Part shown: positions 57,456-64,000 of the stretch, in pieces
How the letters are laid out: the number at the start of each line of letters is the position of its first letter
How positions within the stretch are numbered: position 1 is the first letter of the stretch
Assembly (NCBI GenBank): GCA_021108075.1
Contig: JAIORP010000178.1
Coordinates: forward strand, 31,811 to 95,810
Length of the DNA: 64,000 nt
Reading direction: 5' to 3'
From: Candidatus Omnitrophota bacterium
GTDB lineage: Bacteria; Omnitrophota; Gorgyraeia; Zapsychrales; Zapsychraceae
Translations under genes and position numbers: made by a program
Notes under the pieces: generated by a model
What the model was told of the DNA's origin: nothing
Databases searched by the model: none
What the model saw: the letters and a program-made list of their open reading frames with translations, nothing else

Positions 57456-57875
57456 ATGACAGGTTTTATCATTTTTCTTCATGTGTTAATTTCGATATTT
57501 TTGGTTGTGACTATTTTGATGCAATCAGGAAGAGGTGGGGGATTGACGGAATCGTTTAGTTCTGCAGAAAATGTTTTTGGTGCGAAAACAAATGTTATGA
57601 TGACCAGAATCACAACGGGTCTGGCCGTGCTTTTTCTCATAACAGCTTTATCATTAGCTTTTTTGTCGGCTCAAAAGAGTAAATCATTGATGGCAGGAAA
57701 AGTCGCTATCCCTCAAGGTGAGGAATTGCCAACGAGCAGTTTACCCTCGGAGGAGACCGTTGAGGGTAATGAGTCGGACATGACAGACAAAGTTAATGAC
57801 AGTGCATCAGAAAGTGCAAATGAAACAACATCACAAAATGTGCCGGAAACAGCAACAGTTCCAGCGACCGAGTAG
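57456..57875 (+). CDS. secG: preprotein translocase subunit SecG
   Basis: Two TM helices around LMQSGRGGGL..F; follows tpiA. Confidence 0.9.
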   Translation: MTGFIIFLHVLISIFLVVTILMQSGRGGGLTESFSSAENVFGAKTNVMMTRITTGLAVLFLITALSLAFLSAQKSKSLMAGKVAIPQGEELPTSSLPSEETVEGNESDMTDKVNDSASESANETTSQNVPETATVPATE

Positions 57876-57918
57876 AGAACATAATATTTCGGCCTTTATT
57901 AAATAAGAATAAAGTGTT

Positions 57919-59736
57919 GTGAAATATTTATCCATTTTTTATACACAATTAGTTTGCCTATCACACGTATCCTTATATCCTTCCTTTGCTCAACGGAGGA
58001 AGGGCCTGGTTCAAGGCCTTTGCTTTATTTTTTTTGGAGCAATCTTCCTGGGATTGATTTCCCCTTTACGTCATATTCAAGCACAAGAGATTTACGGTGG
58101 GAGTTTAGTGCTTTCAACGACGTCAGATCCTAAATCGTTTAATGATATCGTTGCCCAGGAAAGTTCGACAAGCGAGGTAACAGGATATATCTTTGAAGGC
58201 CTAACAACCGTCAGTCCTTTTGATCTAAAGGTTGAACCCCATTTAGCCGAAAGTTGGGAGGTCAGTGAGGATGGTCTGGAATGGCTGTTTTATTTGAGGA
58301 AAGATGTTTATTGGAATGATGGGGAGGCTTTTACGGCTGACGATGTTGTCTTTACTTTTAATCAATTGATTTATAATCCGGATATTCCAAATTCTTCGGC
58401 TGACATATTGATGGTTGACGGTGAAAGGTTTAAGGTGGAAAAGGTTGAGGATCATGTCGTGAAGGTCACTCTTCCAGACAGGTTTGCGCCTTTTTTGCGC
58501 AGCATGGGCCGGGCGATCCTGCCGGAACACAAATTGATTGAAGCGGTTGAAGCCGGAACATTTAATTCGACCTGGGGCATTGATGCCGATCTGGAGGATA
58601 TCGTCGGAACAGGTCCTTTTATGCTGTCAGAGTACCGTCCGGGGGAACGGATTGTCTTTAAACGTAATCCATTCTATTGGAAAAAAAACAGCCGGGGAGA
58701 GTCGATGCCATACCTCGATGGCATCATTACTTTGATTGTCCAAAGCCAGGACACGCAATTCTTAAAATTTCTGGACGGAGAATTGGATTCTTACGGATTA
58801 CGTGGCACGGATTTCCCGTTACTGAAACCTTTGGAGCAAAAGAATCAATTTACTATCTATAATGCTGGCCCGGCAACAAGCACGAATTTTATCTTTTTTA
58901 ACCAGAACAGGGATGCCAATCCCAAGACGAACAAGCCGTTTGTTGATCCCAAGAAATTGAAATGGTTCACGGACTTGAACTTTAGAAAAGCTGTGGCCCA
59001 TTCGATTGACAAGAAAAAGATCATTGAAATTTTGATGAATGACTTAGGTTATGAGCAGCATTCGGCGATGAGTCCCGCGAAAGGATTTTTTCATAAGGCG
59101 GATGTCAGGAAATATGAGTATAACCTCGTGAAGGCGAAATCGATTTTAACCGAGGCCGGCTATATCGACCGGGATGGCGATGGCATCATCGAAGATAGGG
59201 ATGGGCGGGATATAAAATTTAACTTATTTACCAATGCCGGGGCGACAGAACGGGTTCAAATCGCCGGGATTATTCGGCGCGACCTTGAATTTTTGGGGAT
59301 GAAGGTGAATTTCCAATTGTTGGAATTTAACACAGTGGTGAGTAAATTGACCAGTAACTATGATTGGGATGCGATATTGCTGGGGTTATCAGGCGGGGGC
59401 GCTGATCCGCATTTTGGTAACAATGTCTGGACGTCTAGCGGGCAATTGCACATGTGGCACCCCAAACAAAAAGAACCGGCGACAGATTGGGAAAAGCGGG
59501 TTGATGAGATTTTTTTACTGGGCGTCCAGGAGCTGGATGAAAACAAGCGCAAAGTTTTATATGACGAGTTTCAAATGATCATTTCCGAGCAGCTTCCTTT
59601 GATTTACACAGTTCTGAATAGCCGCATTTACGCTGTCCGGAATAAGTTTGGGAACTTAAAGCCGTCAAATCATGGTGGCGCGTTTCATAATATTGAAGAG
59701 ATTTATATTTATCCTGAATGGCGGATTGAACAGTAA
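57919..59736 (+). CDS. peptide/nickel ABC transporter substrate-binding protein (OppA/DppA family)
   Basis: DPKSFN, LAESWEVSEDG, FTADDVVFT, GTGPF, FRKA; start uncertain. Confidence 0.9.
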   Translation: MKYLSIFYTQLVCLSHVSLYPSFAQRRKGLVQGLCFIFFGAIFLGLISPLRHIQAQEIYGGSLVLSTTSDPKSFNDIVAQESSTSEVTGYIFEGLTTVSPFDLKVEPHLAESWEVSEDGLEWLFYLRKDVYWNDGEAFTADDVVFTFNQLIYNPDIPNSSADILMVDGERFKVEKVEDHVVKVTLPDRFAPFLRSMGRAILPEHKLIEAVEAGTFNSTWGIDADLEDIVGTGPFMLSEYRPGERIVFKRNPFYWKKNSRGESMPYLDGIITLIVQSQDTQFLKFLDGELDSYGLRGTDFPLLKPLEQKNQFTIYNAGPATSTNFIFFNQNRDANPKTNKPFVDPKKLKWFTDLNFRKAVAHSIDKKKIIEILMNDLGYEQHSAMSPAKGFFHKADVRKYEYNLVKAKSILTEAGYIDRDGDGIIEDRDGRDIKFNLFTNAGATERVQIAGIIRRDLEFLGMKVNFQLLEFNTVVSKLTSNYDWDAILLGLSGGGADPHFGNNVWTSSGQLHMWHPKQKEPATDWEKRVDEIFLLGVQELDENKRKVLYDEFQMIISEQLPLIYTVLNSRIYAVRNKFGNLKPSNHGGAFHNIEEIYIYPEWRIEQ

Positions 59737-59808
59737 GAGCGCGCGGAATCAAGTTGAATAATTTTTTTTAAAGCCGTTTTAAGCGGCATCAATAAAAGAG
59801 ACATAAAT

Positions 59809-60777
59809 ATGTTATTGGTCTATATCCTAAAAAGAATTTTGATCGCGATACCGTTATTGATTGTCATGACGTTGTTAACCTTTATCTTAATTCAGAAGAC
59901 CCCAGGAAATTTTTTCGATACACTCAAGATGAACCCGCAAATAAGGCCGGAAACAATTCAGCGTTATGAGGACATGTATCGGCTGAATAAAGGTGTCGTA
60001 GATCAATACTGGCATTGGCTTAAAAATATGTTTAAGGGGGAATTTGGTTTCTCCTTTCATTACAATGTTCCCGTGGTTAAGGTCCTGGCCGGCCGTTTAT
60101 GGAATACGTTTATCCTGTCTTTTGTGAGCATGTTATTGACCTGGGGGATTGCTATTCCTCTGGGGATTATCGCGGCGGTCCACCGGAATAAAGCTATTGA
60201 TAAATTTTTATCTCTTCTCTGCTTTGTCTGTTTATCGGTTCCAAGCTTTCTGACAGCGATGCTGTTTTTATTTCTAGCCAGTATGATCGGGGGCATCCCT
60301 TTGGGCGGGATGCATAGCGCCCATTATGAACAGCTAAGCCCTATCGCTCAATTTATTGATCTACTCAGGCATTTGTTCATTCCAGCCGTTGTTATTTCTT
60401 TGGGATCGATTGCGTCCTTACAGCGCATTATGCGCGGGAATTTTTTGGATGTTTTACGCCAGCAATATATTTTAACCGCACGGGCCAAGGGATTGCCAGA
60501 GAATGTGGTTTATTACCGCCATGCCCTGCGCAATGCCATCAATCCATTGATTACGCTTTTTGGCTACAGTCTATCCAGCCTTTTGGGGGGAGCCGCTCTG
60601 GTTGAGATTATCTGTAATTGGCCGGGGTTAGGGTCCTTGATGCTGACGGCCGTCCGCGCGAAAGATGTTTATTTGGTTATGGCCAGTATGCTGATGGGTG
60701 GTGTGATGCTGCTCATCGGAAATTTAATATCGGATGTCTTGTTAGCTTGTTCTGACCCGAGAATAAAATATGAATAA
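59809..60777 (+). CDS. peptide ABC transporter permease (OppB/DppB family)
   Basis: TARAKGL..HALRNA, WPGLG, DPRI. Confidence 0.92.
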   Translation: MLLVYILKRILIAIPLLIVMTLLTFILIQKTPGNFFDTLKMNPQIRPETIQRYEDMYRLNKGVVDQYWHWLKNMFKGEFGFSFHYNVPVVKVLAGRLWNTFILSFVSMLLTWGIAIPLGIIAAVHRNKAIDKFLSLLCFVCLSVPSFLTAMLFLFLASMIGGIPLGGMHSAHYEQLSPIAQFIDLLRHLFIPAVVISLGSIASLQRIMRGNFLDVLRQQYILTARAKGLPENVVYYRHALRNAINPLITLFGYSLSSLLGGAALVEIICNWPGLGSLMLTAVRAKDVYLVMASMLMGGVMLLIGNLISDVLLACSDPRIKYE

Positions 60778-60862
60778 TACCCGGGTCTGTCGATGCCCCA
60801 TCGGATAGATGTGTTCGCTGGACGAATGATTAGATTTAACATGCTTTTAATTTAAAAGAATT

Positions 60863-61960
60863 ATGAGTAAACAAAGAAAATCAAAAACTCAGTTTCAGTT
60901 AGCGTTAGAGAATTACAAGAAAAACGGTTTTGCCGTGCTTTGTCTGGTTATTCTTATCGTCCTGTACGGCGGAGCCATTTTTGCCGATTTCTTTGCGCCG
61001 TATACGTATTTAAGCGAGTCGCGGGATAATTCCTATGCCCCGCCTTCAAAGGTGCACTTTTTTGATGAAGACGGATTGATCACACGTCCATATGTGTATA
61101 ACCGCGTTTTTCATTTTGATGAATATAAACGCCGAATTTATGAGGAAGATTTGTCTCGGGCGTATCCCATTCGGTTATTCCATAAAGGGGAAGAGTATAA
61201 ATTTTTAGGATTTATTCCGATGGATACTCATTTGTTTGGCGTTGAGGAACCCGGCATGCTCTATTTATTCGGCGCGGACTCCCGGGGAAGAGATGTTTTT
61301 TCTCGATTACTGTATGGCGCCAGGATCTCATTATCGATCGGTTTAATCGGCGTGAGCATTTCTTTTAGTATCGGTTTATTAGTGGGCGGTATTGCGGGTT
61401 ATTACGGCGGAAAGATTGACAATGTTTTAATGCGGTTATGCGAGATGTTTATGATGGTTCCGGGTTTTTATCTGATGTTAGCCCTCAGGGCCGCTGTTCC
61501 GGATGATTTCAATTCATTTCAAGTTTATTTAGCGATCGTTGTCATCTTATCTTTTATCGGCTGGGCGAGTTTAGCAAGAATTATCCGCGGGATGAGCATT
61601 TCTCTTAGAGAGCGAGAGTATGTTTTAGCAGCCAAGGCAATGGGCATGACGGATATTCAGATCATTATTAAACATATTTTACCGCACACAGTTTCTTACT
61701 CTATTGTGGCGGTCATGCTTTCGATCCCGGGATATATTTTAGGGGAAGCCGCGTTGAGCTTATTAGGTTTGGGTATACAGGATCCTTTGGCCAGTTGGGG
61801 AAATATGTTGTCCGAAGCCATGGCCATTGCCCATATTCGTTTGCATCCATGGATCCTAATGCCAGGGGTGTTAATATTTTTAACGGTTATGAGTTTTAAT
61901 GTCATCGGTGATAACTTGCGTGACTGTTTAGACCCTTTGTTGAAAGGAGAGAAAAAGTAG
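60863..61960 (+). CDS. peptide ABC transporter permease (OppC/DppC family)
   Basis: GADSRGRDVFSRLLYGARISL, EYVLAAKAMG, SWGNML, GDNLRD. Confidence 0.92.
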   Translation: MSKQRKSKTQFQLALENYKKNGFAVLCLVILIVLYGGAIFADFFAPYTYLSESRDNSYAPPSKVHFFDEDGLITRPYVYNRVFHFDEYKRRIYEEDLSRAYPIRLFHKGEEYKFLGFIPMDTHLFGVEEPGMLYLFGADSRGRDVFSRLLYGARISLSIGLIGVSISFSIGLLVGGIAGYYGGKIDNVLMRLCEMFMMVPGFYLMLALRAAVPDDFNSFQVYLAIVVILSFIGWASLARIIRGMSISLREREYVLAAKAMGMTDIQIIIKHILPHTVSYSIVAVMLSIPGYILGEAALSLLGLGIQDPLASWGNMLSEAMAIAHIRLHPWILMPGVLIFLTVMSFNVIGDNLRDCLDPLLKGEKK

Positions 61961-61966
61961 ACCATT

Positions 61967-62749
61967 ATGTCGGAAATACTATTAGACATCCGGAATTTAT
62001 CCGTTAGCGTCAGAGAATCTCAATACAAAAAGAATATTCTGAGCAAGGTCAATCTGCAAGTTAAGGGGCAAAATATATTAGGATTGGTTGGAGGTTCAGG
62101 TAGCGGAAAAACAACCATTGGGTTATCGATCCTACGCTTGCTGGCGCCAGCGCTTAAAACAGAAGAAGGGGTGATCCTTTTTAAAGGCAATGATCTTTTA
62201 AAGTTGTCGCGAAAAGACATGTGCCCGATTCGTGGTAAAGAGATTAGCATGGTTTTTCAGGAACCCTTGTACGCCTTTAATCCTGTTTTTCGTGTTGGAG
62301 ACCAGATAGAAGAAGTTCTCATTTATCATGAACAAATGAAACGTAAAGAACGCAAAGGGTATGTCTTGAACTTATTGGAAAAAGTCGGTATTCCGGACCC
62401 TAAACGGGCAATGCAATCTTATTCCCATCAACTCAGCGGAGGATTGCGCCAGCGCGCTATGATCGCCCAGGCGATAGCTGCTAATCCCAATCTGATTATT
62501 GCGGATGAACCGACGAGCAATTTGGATGTCACCCGTCAGGCGCAAATTATGGATTTATTTCGACGATTGAAAACGCAATTAAAGTTATCCATTTTGTTAG
62601 TGACCCATGATTTAGGTATGGTTAAGCATTTAGCCGATGAAATCGCTGTGATTAAAGATGGAACCGTTGTTGAGCAGGGGGAAACCCGGCAGGTTTTTAA
62701 TCGGCCGTCACATTTGTATACGTGCAAACTGCTCGAAGCATTATCGTAA
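61967..62749 (+). CDS. peptide ABC transporter ATP-binding protein (OppD/DppD family)
   Basis: GGSGSGKT, MVFQEP, LSGGLRQR, IADEPT. Confidence 0.92.
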   Translation: MSEILLDIRNLSVSVRESQYKKNILSKVNLQVKGQNILGLVGGSGSGKTTIGLSILRLLAPALKTEEGVILFKGNDLLKLSRKDMCPIRGKEISMVFQEPLYAFNPVFRVGDQIEEVLIYHEQMKRKERKGYVLNLLEKVGIPDPKRAMQSYSHQLSGGLRQRAMIAQAIAANPNLIIADEPTSNLDVTRQAQIMDLFRRLKTQLKLSILLVTHDLGMVKHLADEIAVIKDGTVVEQGETRQVFNRPSHLYTCKLLEALS

Positions 62750-62778
62750 GGACTGTTATCAAACCCTCGAAAGACAAT

Positions 62779-63648
62779 ATGTTATTAGAACTGAAAAATA
62801 TTGAGAAAAAGTTTAAGACAAAGAAAAATTTGTTTGGCGGATCGGCCCATATTGTCAAAGCGGTGAATGATGTTGATTTGAGCCTGCGAAAAGGAGAGAA
62901 CCTGGGTTTGGTCGGTGAGTCCGGGTGTGGAAAAACGACATTGGCGCGAATTATTTTAAAATTGCTCCCGTTAGATCAAGGAAGCATCATTTATGACGGC
63001 ACGGATGTCACCAAGATGAAGAAGGAATTTTTGCCGTTCCGCAAAGACATTCAAATGGTTTTTCAGGACCCCTATAGCAGTTTGGATCCGCGCTACACAA
63101 TAAGCAATATTTTAAGGGAGCCGATGCTGATCAACAATAAAATGTATCCTGCGCGAAAAAGCCAGGATAAGCGCATTGAGGAGGTTTTGCCGACGGTCAA
63201 TTTGAGTGCGGGGATTTTAGATCGTTACCCGCATGAGTTTAGCGGTGGAGAAAGGCAGCGTATTGCTGTCGCGAGGGCTTTAATGCTTCATCCCAAACTC
63301 CTTATTTTGGATGAAGCGGTGTCTTCTCTGGACGTCTTAATCCAAGAAGAAATTATTAAGTTGCTGTTAAAGATTCAAGAAGAGGCAGAGGTCACTTACC
63401 TTTTCATCTCACATAATTTGCGTGTTGTAAAAAAATTATGCCATCGCATTGCGGTTATGTTTAAAGGAAAAGTTGTGGAGTGGGGGACGACGGAGCAGAT
63501 ATTGAATAATCCATTGCATTTATACACGCAGGAATTGCTCAGTTCTGCCTTAGAATACCGTTCCAGCTGTGAGAATAAAGTTATTGATATTAATCCCAAA
63601 GGCCGTTTGATTGATAAAGGCAACGGACATCTGGTTCTGGTTGGATAA
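62779..63648 (+). CDS. peptide ABC transporter ATP-binding protein (OppF/DppF family)
   Basis: GESGCGKT, FQDPYSSLDP, YPHEFSGGERQR, LDEAVSSLD; ATG 62779 avoids overlap with previous gene. Confidence 0.92.
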   Translation: MLLELKNIEKKFKTKKNLFGGSAHIVKAVNDVDLSLRKGENLGLVGESGCGKTTLARIILKLLPLDQGSIIYDGTDVTKMKKEFLPFRKDIQMVFQDPYSSLDPRYTISNILREPMLINNKMYPARKSQDKRIEEVLPTVNLSAGILDRYPHEFSGGERQRIAVARALMLHPKLLILDEAVSSLDVLIQEEIIKLLLKIQEEAEVTYLFISHNLRVVKKLCHRIAVMFKGKVVEWGTTEQILNNPLHLYTQELLSSALEYRSSCENKVIDINPKGRLIDKGNGHLVLVG

Positions 63649-63669
63649 ATAGAAGGAAGGTGCCTGGAT

Positions 63670-64000
63670 ATGATTGAAAGATTGCTGCAGAAATGCGATT
63701 TAATCGTCACGATTTTGGGTGTTATCGTGTTGTTAGGACTCGTTGTCTTTTGCGCCAATATTGAGATAAAGGATTTTGATTTATGGCTTCATTTAACAAC
63801 CGGCCGGTATATTTTACAAAATTCTGATATTCCATTAAATGATGTCTTATCGCATACAATGGATGGTAAGTCTTGGAATAACCATGAATGGCTGTTTCAA
63901 ATCATTATTTACAGTGTGCATTATTTGAATGGTATCGAAGGATTGATTCATTTGCGTGTTTTTATTATTGTGTTGACATTTTTCCTTTTAATAAAAATTG
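63670..64000 (+). CDS. membrane protein, N-terminal part (runs off window)
   Basis: Hand translation MIERLLQKC...DFDLWLHLTTGRYI...W.NHEWLFQ, open to window end; D.W.HL..G / HEWL pattern of uncharacterised GT-C-like proteins. Confidence 0.65.
   Translation, partial: MIERLLQKCDLIVTILGVIVLLGLVVFCANIEIKDFDLWLHLTTGRYILQNSDIPLNDVLSHTMDGKSWNNHEWLFQIIIYSVHYLNGIEGLIHLRVFIIVLTFFLLIKI

Noticed and set aside
57876-57918. tRNA-Leu often found after secG
   Set aside because: The gap is too short and has no cloverleaf or T-loop motif.
57967-57993. CCTTCCT/AGGAAGG hairpin in the start region of the substrate-binding protein gene
   Set aside because: Single short stem, no second copy seen in the window; cannot be told from chance.
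1278-63758. Many short minus-strand and nested ORFs in the track (e.g. 13621-14067, 17686-18240, 34783-35256)
   Set aside because: They shadow well-supported plus-strand genes and have no recognisable motifs.

Overview
Positions 1-54847 are one very large, entirely plus-strand surface-glycan (LPS/O-antigen/glycosylation) locus. It holds two NeuB-type synthases, a complete legionaminic-acid-type pathway with amidotransferase (WbuXYZ-like) genes, three CMP-ulosonate synthetases, an aldolase/transaldolase/SIS block, a CmoA homologue, many methyltransferases, two radical SAM enzymes, glycosyltransferases, two O-antigen-ligase-like proteins, an ABC flippase and an initiating sugar transferase. Housekeeping genes follow (pgk-tpiA-secG, a peptide ABC transporter, a partial membrane protein). 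An AT-rich defence islet interrupts the glycan locus at about 32.0-38.3 kb: C5 methyltransferase, putative endonuclease, Vsr, an unannotated DUF3800-like gene tail, and a TIR-STAND NTPase gene. The TIR gene lies between exact 39-bp direct repeats that are the 5' half of a structured motif, as if a cassette had integrated into a DUF3800-associated RNA/DNA element; this is the most interesting signal. The window also has six copies of a MITE with ATACCAA..TTGGTAT ends (82/104/152-bp classes, three supplying stop codons), a 203-bp non-autonomous IS200/IS605 element nested in one MITE copy, and an internally deleted IS66. No rRNA, tRNA or CRISPR array was seen. Protein family calls come from motif recognition and recall, not database searches. 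The gene content suggests Ca. Omnitrophota or a similar uncultured lineage, which is a weak inference.
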